In this document: positions 18,990 to 27,901 of the stretch, one piece after another | Position numbering within the stretch: the first letter of the stretch is position 1 | Layout of the letters: each line of letters begins with the position of its first letter | Source of the DNA: a virus | Lineage: Duplodnaviria; Caudoviricetes | IMG/VR virus record: IMGVR_UViG_3300022867_000001 | Location: 1 to 40,762 of that record | Direction: 5' to 3' (one strand) | Length of the DNA stretch: 40,762 bases | Position numbers and translations under genes: made by a program | Notes under the pieces: model-generated | Databases searched by the model: none | Seen by the model: the letters and a program-made list of their open reading frames with translations, nothing else | What the model was told of the DNA's origin: nothing

Positions 18990-20689
18990 TAGTGTGTTCC
19001 ACTCCAATTAGTTGATATTTTATATTCGCCTGTTAGCGGCACTCTTAATTGGTAGTGTTCACCTGCACGTTTAATACATTCTACTGCTATCTTTCCAATA
19101 TCTTCAGCGTCTTGTTCTTCACACTCAACTTGTATTTCATCATGTACCCATACAACTTGTTGTGCGTTCTTAAATTTCTTAACTTCTTTATTAAATTCTA
19201 CTAACCATTTCTTACAAAGAATAGCTCCTGCACTTTGTAACAATGTGTTGAGTGCTGAATAACTATTACGAACTTTGATTTCTCTTTTGTCTAAACCTTT
19301 AATGAAACCACGTTCAGCCGCAGACTGTACGCCTTCAATAAGTTTTGCTAACGCAGGTAAGTTATTTAAAAATCTTTTCTTAATCTTTCCTGCTTCTTTA
19401 AAAGGTTTGTTAATTACTTCAGCTATCTTTTTGACTGAACCACCGTAAAGAAAACAATAGTAAAATCTTTTTGCATTGTCTCTGCTGTCTAACCCTGCAA
19501 GTTTCTGTGTCTCTGTATGTATGTCACCTTCAAGTACAACTTTAGTGTATGCACCGTTGTCAAACTTAGACATAAAATGGCATAGCATTCTAATTTCTAA
19601 ACCTGAAACATCTATACCCACTAATCGTTTACCTTCTGGCACTGTAAATAATTCCCTGCATTCTTTACCATAAGGTGCAGACGAACTAACCACCTGTCCT
19701 AAATTTGGGTGAGAGTGACTTGCTCTTTGAGTTACACAAGAATTTGTATTACATGTTCCATGAATTTTACCATTACGTTCATGTTTTAACCAAGCCTGTG
19801 AGCCATTAGATATTTGTGCAATTCTTTTAGTTAATAAAAAAGTCTCACACAATACTTTAGCTTCTGGGTACGGTAGTTTGCCAAGAATTGTATCATCTAG
19901 TTTAGCTTTACCATCAGTAGTAAATTCTTTTGCGTCCCAATTATATTTATCTTTTAATCTTTGAGCTACATGGTGTCTGCTTGAAGGATTAAATATAGTA
20001 ACTTGGTCTTTTAATTTCTTACCTGTTTTAGTAGACCATCTTTCAGTTACGATAGGTTCAAACACCCCTTGTAATTCTTCAGCTAACTCAGCTTGTCTTG
20101 CTTTTAATTTAATAGACAACTCTTCTGCTTTAGCTCTATTAAAAGTAAAACCATGTTGTTCTTGTTTAAATATTAAAGAGGCTACTTCATGCTCTAAGTC
20201 CATAGCTTCTTGAGAATAGCTTTTTTCTTCTAAGACTTTCCACAGTTTGTAAGTAACTTCCGTATCTTGAATACAATACTCAAGCATTTCAGGTGTAAAT
20301 GTTTGCCAATCGGTATCTATTTGTTCTTTGTACTCACCTATTCTATTCCCCCATGCTTTTAATGAGTGTCTACCTATACAATCTTTTGGAAAATCTTTTC
20401 TTGAAAAATCATTATCTTTAATGTCACTATATACTAATCTTGTACCCACTAATGTGTCGAAAATTTTACCCCTAAATGTAGCGGAATATAATTTTTCTAA
20501 TACAGGAATATCAAACTTAATAATGTTATGACCTATGATTAACTCTGCGTCTTCTAAAAGTTTAATAGCGTCTTCATTACTAGGTGTAAGTATTTCACCT
20601 GTGTCTATATTTTTTAAGACAATGCAATGTACTTTGTCACACACATCAAGAAAGCCATTAGTTTCTATATCAAAGATAAAAGAACTCAA
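18989..20689 (-). CDS. Family A DNA polymerase (gp5-like)
   Basis: FDIETNG, GHNIIKFD exo motifs; DVSGLEIR, RDNAKRFYYCFLYG, VHDE; TTG start. Confidence 0.97.
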   Translation of the reverse strand: MSSFIFDIETNGFLDVCDKVHCIVLKNIDTGEILTPSNEDAIKLLEDAELIIGHNIIKFDIPVLEKLYSATFRGKIFDTLVGTRLVYSDIKDNDFSRKDFPKDCIGRHSLKAWGNRIGEYKEQIDTDWQTFTPEMLEYCIQDTEVTYKLWKVLEEKSYSQEAMDLEHEVASLIFKQEQHGFTFNRAKAEELSIKLKARQAELAEELQGVFEPIVTERWSTKTGKKLKDQVTIFNPSSRHHVAQRLKDKYNWDAKEFTTDGKAKLDDTILGKLPYPEAKVLCETFLLTKRIAQISNGSQAWLKHERNGKIHGTCNTNSCVTQRASHSHPNLGQVVSSSAPYGKECRELFTVPEGKRLVGIDVSGLEIRMLCHFMSKFDNGAYTKVVLEGDIHTETQKLAGLDSRDNAKRFYYCFLYGGSVKKIAEVINKPFKEAGKIKKRFLNNLPALAKLIEGVQSAAERGFIKGLDKREIKVRNSYSALNTLLQSAGAILCKKWLVEFNKEVKKFKNAQQVVWVHDEIQVECEEQDAEDIGKIAVECIKRAGEHYQLRVPLTGEYKISTNWSGTH

Positions 20690-20967
20690 AGTTTTACCTT
20701 CTTAATTTTTAATACATTGACAGTAGGTATAGTAGTTACGTTACCTACGTCACCCAATGTACCATCATCATTAAAATTTACATCTGAAGCTAATACATGG
20801 ACATCTTTGTCAGCTTTAAGTAACCAACCATTTGAAATACAAATAGTTATTTTACTATTAACTGCGTCTTTTAAAGAAACCCATTCAGCCGAACCATTTA
20901 TATCTTTCCAATATAAAGAAACGAATTGTGCGTTTAATATCTTTTTATTTATTGTTGGTAATTTCAT
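20686..20967 (-). CDS. Hypothetical protein (93 aa)
   Basis: ORF overlapping both neighbours. Confidence 0.65.
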   Translation of the reverse strand: MKLPTINKKILNAQFVSLYWKDINGSAEWVSLKDAVNSKITICISNGWLLKADKDVHVLASDVNFNDDGTLGDVGNVTTIPTVNVLKIKKVKL

Positions 20968-21646
20968 TTATCCTTTTTGTTGCTATTTGAAAATAGTTGT
21001 TGTCTAATTCTATTCCTGTAAAATTTCTGTTAGTGTTTTTACAAGCCACTCCTGTAGACCCTGAACCCATTGTAAAATCTAAAACCGTATCATTTTCGTT
21101 AGTATAGGTTTTTATTAAGTATTCTAATAATGCTACAGGTTTTTGAGTTGGGTGTAATCCTCTCTCATTTTTAAATTCTATTATTGTTTTTGGATAATTT
21201 GTAAATTCACTTTTATTTATTGATTCATATTTACCTAAAACATCTGTATTTTTGCCTCTACGATTTTTACCCTTTAAATTTTTTTGTAAATTTTGTGGTT
21301 TGTATATTTTTGAATTAAAAATACTTATAATTTCTATTTCTTTTAATGGTCGTTTTTTTGCATTTAAAAATCCCATTATATTTGATTTTTTCCAAATCCA
21401 ATCATACTTAAATTGTTTGATATTACTCATTCTTAAAGCACTACTAAAAGGCTCACTACCAAATAATGCTATACAACCCTTATCTTTAATTATTCTTTTT
21501 AATTGATTCCACATTGGTTCAAAAGGAATAACACTATCCCATTTACATTGTGTCGTTCCATAAGGTGGGTCAGTAAGTATTAAATCTACTGAATTGTCTT
21601 CTAGCTTTGACATCTCTGCTAGGCAATCTCCGTTTATTAAATTCAT
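20945..21646 (-). CDS. Orphan N4-C/N6-A DNA methyltransferase (beta class)
   Basis: DPPY, HPTQKP, LDFTMGSGSTG in beta order. Confidence 0.93.
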   Translation of the reverse strand: MNLINGDCLAEMSKLEDNSVDLILTDPPYGTTQCKWDSVIPFEPMWNQLKRIIKDKGCIALFGSEPFSSALRMSNIKQFKYDWIWKKSNIMGFLNAKKRPLKEIEIISIFNSKIYKPQNLQKNLKGKNRRGKNTDVLGKYESINKSEFTNYPKTIIEFKNERGLHPTQKPVALLEYLIKTYTNENDTVLDFTMGSGSTGVACKNTNRNFTGIELDNNYFQIATKRINEITNNK

Positions 21647-21648
21647 AA

Positions 21649-21873
21649 TTAATGTAATGTTTCTAATTTAACTTCCACATACCAAGCCTCATCTTGTCCA
21701 CCTAAAGCTAGGTTTGTTAGACTGTCTTGCAACATGAATGCTGTTTTTAAACTTCCTACTGTTATTGTTTGTTTCTTGTTAGTGGTTTTTGCTTTTGCCA
21801 ATGCTTCAGTAACTAACCCTGACCAAAATAAAGCGTCTCTTTTTTTCTTTGCAGATACTTTTTTAATAGTCAT
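21649..21873 (-). CDS. Hypothetical protein (74 aa)
   Basis: ORF overlapping primase end, GAGG SD. Confidence 0.65.
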   Translation of the reverse strand: MTIKKVSAKKKRDALFWSGLVTEALAKAKTTNKKQTITVGSLKTAFMLQDSLTNLALGGQDEAWYVEVKLETLH

Positions 21874-23473
21874 CTAAAACCTCTGATGTAGTTTCAGAAA
21901 GACAACCTGTTTCTAAATTATATAATAAAGAACATGCTTTGCCTGTTTCACCAGAATATCTATTTTTAAGAATTGCTAGATTGGCTATTTTTTTATCTGA
22001 CTTGATGTCTCTGGATATAGAAATAATTAAATCTGATAATTGACCTATTGAAGCTGAACCTCTAAGAGCATTCATGGTAACTTCTTTACCGTCTTCGTAA
22101 CCTTTATCACCTTCTGACCTTCTTAGATGGCTAATAAGTATGACACCTATGCCTGTTTCTTCTACAAGTGTTCTTAATGTGCTTACAAAATAATCAATTA
22201 ACTTTCTTTCATCATTAGTATGTTCATCACCCAATGCAGATAAAGCCATGTGTAAATGGTCTAATACTACAAAGTCTACTTCACATGATTTTGCTAAATA
22301 TCTTATCTTAGTAAGTAAGTTATCTGCGGCTGTACAGCCAAAGTGATTAAATAGATAAAAATTCCCATTACCAACAGTTGATTTAAAAGTCTCTTCAAGT
22401 TGTGTTTCATTAATACCTTCTCTTGTTAAATGCAGAGGTTTTTGAAGGGCAACACCCATGATACCCAATGCACTACGTTTAATACTTTCTTCTAAAGCTA
22501 TGTAACCAACTTTAAAATCTTGTCTTAATAAATCTAATGCTACGTGACGACAGAAAGAAGATTTACCTACACCGCTACCTGCTGTAATAGTTGTAAGCTC
22601 ACCTTTTCTTAAACCATGTGTCTTATTGTTAAGGCTTTTAAAAGGGTACTGTGCTGTAACGTGTTTATCTTCTTTTAATATTTCTTCAAAAATTTCAGAA
22701 CCTAATACGATACCATCAGGTCTATATGGTTTTGCATTCCACATAGCTTTTTTAAGTTCTTCTGTTCTACCTGCTAATAACATTTCGTTAGCGTCTTTAA
22801 GTGGTAGAGAAGCAATCTTGGCTTTGTTAGGCGTAAAAAGTTTTGCAACTTCGTTTGCCGCTTTCTGCCCTGCTTCGTCTTGGTCGAAGCATAAGATTAC
22901 ATTCTCGTAACCCTCCAAGAATTCGAGAGAATTTTGAATATCTTTTTTTGCACCTGCCGCACCTGTTTTGATGGAGACAAAATCAAAATTGTTATCGTTA
23001 ACTTGACTAAATGAAAGACAATCAAGTTCTCCTTCACAGACAGTAATATATTTTCCTTTTCCTCTACAAGTTTCTTGTCCAAACAAACCTGCTTCTTTTG
23101 GATTACCTACCCATTGAAAATCTTTATTAGGGTATCTAAATTTTTGTGCTACGATTTCTTTGCTATCATTATAATAATTAGCAATATGACATGGACGTGC
23201 AAACCATGAACCTACTTGGTAGTTATATTTTTTTACTGTATCTAAATTAATTCCTCTTTTATTAAGAGGTAAGTGTTCACCTTTAACAAAGTTAGTAACC
23301 TCTTCTCTTTTGATTGGTTGTAATTCGGCATTCATAATTGTTGATTTTCCTTTTGTGGTGTGTTGACATGAGAAACAATGTGTATGTCCGTCTGAATAGA
23401 CGGCGTTAGCGTCAGACGAAGAACAGTTGTCACAAGGCTCGTGATATAAAAATTCGCTTTCAGTTTCGTTCAT
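21863..23473 (-). CDS. Primase/helicase (gp4)
   Basis: CDNC..CFSC zinc finger, EGELD TOPRIM, AGSGVGKS Walker A, LDHL, LRGS, KNR. Confidence 0.97.
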   Translation of the reverse strand: MNETESEFLYHEPCDNCSSSDANAVYSDGHTHCFSCQHTTKGKSTIMNAELQPIKREEVTNFVKGEHLPLNKRGINLDTVKKYNYQVGSWFARPCHIANYYNDSKEIVAQKFRYPNKDFQWVGNPKEAGLFGQETCRGKGKYITVCEGELDCLSFSQVNDNNFDFVSIKTGAAGAKKDIQNSLEFLEGYENVILCFDQDEAGQKAANEVAKLFTPNKAKIASLPLKDANEMLLAGRTEELKKAMWNAKPYRPDGIVLGSEIFEEILKEDKHVTAQYPFKSLNNKTHGLRKGELTTITAGSGVGKSSFCRHVALDLLRQDFKVGYIALEESIKRSALGIMGVALQKPLHLTREGINETQLEETFKSTVGNGNFYLFNHFGCTAADNLLTKIRYLAKSCEVDFVVLDHLHMALSALGDEHTNDERKLIDYFVSTLRTLVEETGIGVILISHLRRSEGDKGYEDGKEVTMNALRGSASIGQLSDLIISISRDIKSDKKIANLAILKNRYSGETGKACSLLYNLETGCLSETTSEVLDDY

Positions 23474-23507
23474 AATGTAATAATTTGTGTGAGTTTAAAT
23501 AAGTGAG

Positions 23508-23581
23508 GGCTTCGTGGCGGAATGGTTACGCAGAAGATTGCAAATCTTTGTATCCCAGTTCGATTCTGGGCGAAGCCTCCA
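23508..23581 (+). tRNA. tRNA-Cys(GCA) with encoded CCA
   Basis: GGCTTCG/CGAAGCC acceptor, GCG/CGC D stem, GAAGA-TTGCAAA-TCTTT anticodon arm, TTCGATT T loop, U73, CCA. Confidence 0.95.
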
Positions 23582-23626
23582 AAGAGTTGAGGTAACTTCA
23601 GTCTCCCTCCATTACCCCATAAATAC

Positions 23627-23662
23627 GAAACGCCTCTAGCTATTTCTAACTAGAAGCGTCTC
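23627..23662 (-). terminator. 16-bp GAAA-capped hairpin after the amidase stop (terminator or processing site, possibly bidirectional)
   Basis: GAGACGCTTCTAGTTA-GAAA-TAGCTAGAGGCGTTTC; non-WC positions are G-U on the minus strand. Confidence 0.6.
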
Positions 23663-24095
23663 AATCAACAATCGCCTGTACATCAAAAGACATACACGAT
23701 TTTTTGGAGTTAATTGCATTTCTGCAACCCACTACCTCAACGCTATACTTTGTTTTGAGCCTTTTTACAAGTTCACGTAAAGATACGTATTGCTCGATTG
23801 TAAAGTTAACGTCAAGACCTGTACCATCTTCCAATAGCCCTCCTACGAGACCTATTGCGATAGAATTTTTGTTAGTAATTAAAGGTTGGTTGATAGGTAG
23901 TATTGCACCAGACATTTCTTCTTTACGCCCAGTCTCTACAGTTCCATCTCTTTTAATTATAAAGTGAAACGCATTATAGAAATAACCTTCTTTTGCATGT
24001 TTTAAAGTTATATCCTTTGCGTTTAAATCTTCACTTGGTTTTGTTTTAGTTGAGTGAACAACTATAAAATCTGTTCTTTCTCTGTTATTATTCAT
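23661..24095 (-). CDS. T7 lysozyme (gp3.5) amidase homologue with altered active site
   Basis: VVHST.TKPS, HFIIKRDGTVETGR, NSIAIGLVGG, NFTIEQ closely follow T7 gp3.5. Confidence 0.88.
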   Translation of the reverse strand: MNNNRERTDFIVVHSTKTKPSEDLNAKDITLKHAKEGYFYNAFHFIIKRDGTVETGRKEEMSGAILPINQPLITNKNSIAIGLVGGLLEDGTGLDVNFTIEQYVSLRELVKRLKTKYSVEVVGCRNAINSKKSCMSFDVQAIVD

Positions 24096-24501
24096 TTAGC
24101 CACTCCAACGGTATGTGTTTATCTGCAAACTTAAATCCATATTTTTCAGACCACATTGCATAAGTTGTTTGCGATTTTTTTGAGATACGACTTCGTGAAT
24201 TACTAAAAACAAACCTGATGTCTAATTCAGGGTGTTGTTCTTTTACTAATCGCATTTTTTGTCTATCAGCAGAAGTGAACAAACCTTTGGTTTCAATATA
24301 AATGTTTTGCTCTTGTAGGTAAAAGTCTGGCGTATACGTATGAGCTTTCGTAGGTTTGACATAAGTCAATTTAACCTTCTCATAGGTATACGTTACCTTA
24401 TTAGCGTCTAACTCTTGTGAGATAGCTATTTCTAAACCAGACCTGAAACCATGTTTCAAACCAATTTGATTAGAAGTCTGTCGAGGACGGTGATACTTCA
24501 T
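24088..24501 (-). CDS. Endonuclease I (gp3, Holliday junction resolvase)
   Basis: FRSGLE, YTPDF, IETKG, HPELDIRFVF; start uncertain (24501 preferred over 24588). Confidence 0.95.
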   Translation of the reverse strand: MKYHRPRQTSNQIGLKHGFRSGLEIAISQELDANKVTYTYEKVKLTYVKPTKAHTYTPDFYLQEQNIYIETKGLFTSADRQKMRLVKEQHPELDIRFVFSNSRSRISKKSQTTYAMWSEKYGFKFADKHIPLEWLNE

Positions 24502-25093
24502 TTTCAAATGTGTTTTCTGCTTGTGGTGCAACATAGCCATCTTTGATTTCTTCAAAGCCATGAGTTTGTGAACCTGCACCTTTGCCACCTTCGACTAGCT
24601 TGGCTACTTGCACAGCTTTTAATCTCAAGCTGACACCTGCACCTGCCATAGCGGTGTAATAAGGTATCATATCAGCAGAAACTTTCATTTCACTGCCAGA
24701 CCAAATCTGGTCTTTCATAGGTGTACCTTTGCTATCGAAGACTGGAATTTTAATATCTATAGTCTCACCACTTTTCATATTAATTTTAGCTTTTGCTTTA
24801 AATTTAAAAATGATGTTTCCAGTTGGCTTACCTTCTAAATATTCTTCTTCGAAGGGTAAGTTAGCTGTTTTAGGTTCTTTACCTTTAGATTGCTGTTTAG
24901 CCATTTCTAAAGATGTTTTCATCTCGTCTTTAATAGACTTAATGATTGACTGTGCCTCAGACCCTTTGACAATTAGGTTAGTCTTAAAGTGACCACCATT
25001 CTCTTTATCAAATTTAGTATCTGGGGTATTAAGCCAACAATATTGACTAACGCCTACTGGTGTTACCAATTTGTTATATACTTTTTTGTTCAT
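24470..25093 (-). CDS. Single-stranded DNA-binding protein (gp2.5)
   Basis: TPVG..YCWLNTPD, GSEMKV, GVSLRLKAVQV, C-terminal DF. Confidence 0.93.
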   Translation of the reverse strand: MNKKVYNKLVTPVGVSQYCWLNTPDTKFDKENGGHFKTNLIVKGSEAQSIIKSIKDEMKTSLEMAKQQSKGKEPKTANLPFEEEYLEGKPTGNIIFKFKAKAKINMKSGETIDIKIPVFDSKGTPMKDQIWSGSEMKVSADMIPYYTAMAGAGVSLRLKAVQVAKLVEGGKGAGSQTHGFEEIKDGYVAPQAENTFENEVSPSSTDF

Positions 25094-25148
25094 ATTATCC
25101 TTATTTGTTGTTGTTTCTTTGATTTACTCCAAAGAGACTGTTGATTGT

Positions 25149-25165
25149 CTAATAGGGCAGGTTTA
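25149..25165 (-). promoter_or_regulatory. Phage RNAP promoter, middle-type TAAACCTGCCCTATTAG
   Basis: Directly downstream of the RNAP gene, upstream of the replication operon. Confidence 0.85.
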
Positions 25166-25203
25166 CTAATCCCACCCTGCTTAGTTTCCGATAGTGCATA
25201 CAA

Positions 25204-27651
25204 TTAGGCAAAGAAATACTTACATTTGTGTAGTAAATCTAAATCTAGCTCACCATCTTTAGGTCTTTCAGGTAGTTCAGCTATAGCCTCATCTGATAAC
25301 GTCTCTGATACTTTTGCCTTAAAATCAGAAAGTAAATCTTTAGAGAAAATACTTACAAAGGCTTCTCTAATACTTTCATTAAGTTTATCTATATCACAGG
25401 CATGAGTTGCAAAACTATCATGCACATTGCAAAAGTTTTCTATTCCTTTTTCTCTTGCAATGTTAACCGTCCTAATCATACAGGCACTATCTAACGAGTG
25501 AACGTAGTTAGCAGGACAGCTATTACGCTGTTTCATTTTGTCGGTCTCTGGTTTGGCTTCTCTTATTGTGGATTGGATTACCTGTCCCATCAAATGTGTC
25601 TCTACCCTTCTACTTTTTATTTCTGGGTAATATTGATAAACAGGAAAACCTACTGGAGTTACCCAGTGTATAGGCACACCTTCCTTTGCGACAACTTTTG
25701 CTATGTCCTGCAAATATCTCATTCCTTCTTTTGCAGATTTTAAGTTCTCACCTATTGATTGCCAAATTAATTTTGACAAATATGTTGATGGTTTGAACAA
25801 GTCATCAAATGGGTGCATTTCTCCTTTATCTTTTCTTTTAGTTAAGTCTTCAACTACAAAGTCAGTACATGCGTATCTTGTACTTCCATAAGTAAGTGTC
25901 ATAACAGGTCTTTTACAAGTAGACCTTTTAACACCGTAGTCTAACCACTTAGTAGCTAACTCTTCTCCTTCAGCAGATTTTTGTTCTGCATTTTTAACTA
26001 CTTCATCTTTCACAAGTCCATAGATGTCTTGTGGTACATCATTAGGTACACAGTTTACTAATGACCCTGCAACTTTATCTTTAAGTAATAAAGAATAAAT
26101 TTGTAAGCCATTACAAGAACCATCTACGTTAACTGGAATATGAGAAATAAATCCATCACCTTCTTTTGTGTATCTATTCCACTCATCACAAAATGCTAAA
26201 AACTGAAAAGCATTATCTGCGTCTTCCCACTGCCTATTACCAATAGGGTCTTCAGCACATGCCTTAATCCAATCAGCATTGTCATAAGTCCATTTTTCTC
26301 TATCTTCAAATGTTACTTTGTCGTTTCCCCACATGTTTGCTCCATGCACAGATAGCCAAAATACACCTCTGTTCTCTTTTGTGATGGCTTTACCTTGACT
26401 AAAATTTAACAGAGCTTTCGCACCGTTAATAGATTGATAGTTAAGAAAAGCAGGAACACAATATGCACGTCCTCTAAAGTCTAACTGTATTGGAAAATAC
26501 ATAGTCACATATTCTTTGAACTGCTCTGCTAAATTTATAATTTTAGCATAAAGCATTCTTTTAGATGACATACGGTTATTCTCTGTGTGTACAATTACAC
26601 AGGCTTTCTTATACTCAAATAGAGCTTCTTTATTGGTATCTATATCGTGAGGTTTTTGTGGTATGTCTAGGTTTTCAATGGGTGGCATTCCTCCTATTGA
26701 AAGAGACTTATCCCAAGCATTCTGCATAACCTCAAGTATAAAGGTATTAATCCTATAAGCCGTACTTTGCATTAGATTAACTGCACTTGTAACTTCAGGC
26801 ATGTCATGGTTTTCTAGCTCATTGGTAAATTTCTTACCACGTTGCTTAACAAGGTCTAATTCTGGCATTTCTGATGTCCAGTACCCATGACCTTGTACTT
26901 GTCCGTCTACGACTGATTTTGGAGCAAGAACCATAGGTAAATACTCTGGGTTTAATAGCTCATTAAAGCTATTTCTGTCTTGTATCCATTTTTTAGTAAA
27001 AGCAGTTTGCCTTATAACTTTAAAGGTTTTGTGCTTATGTTGGTCAGTGCCTATTTCTATAAGTCCTACACTTTCTACCATTAAGGTAATTAATTGCATT
27101 CCTGTGTGTAGTCTTTCGGTAGTTGACCATTCTTCCCAACTTACAACTTCATCTTTCTTAGCCATTTCTCTGTATTTTCTTCTTTTGTAGGTATAGTTAA
27201 AAGACCTCTTGTCTAAATCTTTTTTAACTATGTGGTATAAATCTGGATTTAAGTTCTTAAAATTTTTAAGACTAATCTCAGTTTCAATTCTACCTCCTAA
27301 CTTAATTGCAGTTGCAGTTAAATTTTTGGTAGTCGTGATAGTATTCATAATATGCTTTAAGGCTATCAAAGCAGTTACTTTTGGGTCTTTTATTTGGGAG
27401 ATTTTTTGAAGGGCTATAGGTGTTTTAGAATGAACATTAGATGACGCTTGTTCTACCCATTCACTAATTGCCTCTGCGTATGGTCTGATAAGATTTGCTA
27501 CTAAGACTTTTCCGTAGGACGTAACACTTTCGTCTTCTCTTTCTATGTGAGACAAACGCCTTTTATTAGTCCTATGTTTTCCTCTTTCATTACCCATTTT
27601 TTCTAACTCTTTTTGATTTAAAAAGTCTGGCATTATTTCAAGTATTCTCAT
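25204..27651 (-). CDS. Single-subunit DNA-dependent RNA polymerase (gp1)
   Basis: DFRGRAY, DGSCNGLQ, RSTCKRPVMTLTYG, NYVHSLD, VHDSF, YFFA end; start 27651 has AGGAG SD. Confidence 0.97.
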   Translation of the reverse strand: MRILEIMPDFLNQKELEKMGNERGKHRTNKRRLSHIEREDESVTSYGKVLVANLIRPYAEAISEWVEQASSNVHSKTPIALQKISQIKDPKVTALIALKHIMNTITTTKNLTATAIKLGGRIETEISLKNFKNLNPDLYHIVKKDLDKRSFNYTYKRRKYREMAKKDEVVSWEEWSTTERLHTGMQLITLMVESVGLIEIGTDQHKHKTFKVIRQTAFTKKWIQDRNSFNELLNPEYLPMVLAPKSVVDGQVQGHGYWTSEMPELDLVKQRGKKFTNELENHDMPEVTSAVNLMQSTAYRINTFILEVMQNAWDKSLSIGGMPPIENLDIPQKPHDIDTNKEALFEYKKACVIVHTENNRMSSKRMLYAKIINLAEQFKEYVTMYFPIQLDFRGRAYCVPAFLNYQSINGAKALLNFSQGKAITKENRGVFWLSVHGANMWGNDKVTFEDREKWTYDNADWIKACAEDPIGNRQWEDADNAFQFLAFCDEWNRYTKEGDGFISHIPVNVDGSCNGLQIYSLLLKDKVAGSLVNCVPNDVPQDIYGLVKDEVVKNAEQKSAEGEELATKWLDYGVKRSTCKRPVMTLTYGSTRYACTDFVVEDLTKRKDKGEMHPFDDLFKPSTYLSKLIWQSIGENLKSAKEGMRYLQDIAKVVAKEGVPIHWVTPVGFPVYQYYPEIKSRRVETHLMGQVIQSTIREAKPETDKMKQRNSCPANYVHSLDSACMIRTVNIAREKGIENFCNVHDSFATHACDIDKLNESIREAFVSIFSKDLLSDFKAKVSETLSDEAIAELPERPKDGELDLDLLHKCKYFFA

Positions 27652-27799
27652 GTATTCTCCTGTTGATTGATTATGCAACTGCGGAATGACCTACAATTTA
27701 GGTTCTATCCTTTGCTATTTGTCGTACAAGGTAAGAGAGAATAGTTGTTATTTTACTTAACTAATTTAAGATTTAACTATCCACTGAGTGCAAAGACAC

Positions 27800-27815
27800 G
27801 AGGATTGCAAATCCT
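27800..27815 (+). mobile_element. Putative attP core (tRNA-Cys anticodon-arm mimic)
   Basis: GAGGATTGCAAATCCT = AGGATT-GCA-AATCCT palindrome, 86 bp beyond the integrase stop; resembles the anticodon arm of the tRNA-Cys at 23508. Confidence 0.8.
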
Positions 27816-27901
27816 ATTGTATCTATGCACACATAATTAGTATGCTTTTATTAGTTAAATATATACTCATTAATCAACTATCCTCTAATTACCATTATTC
27901 C

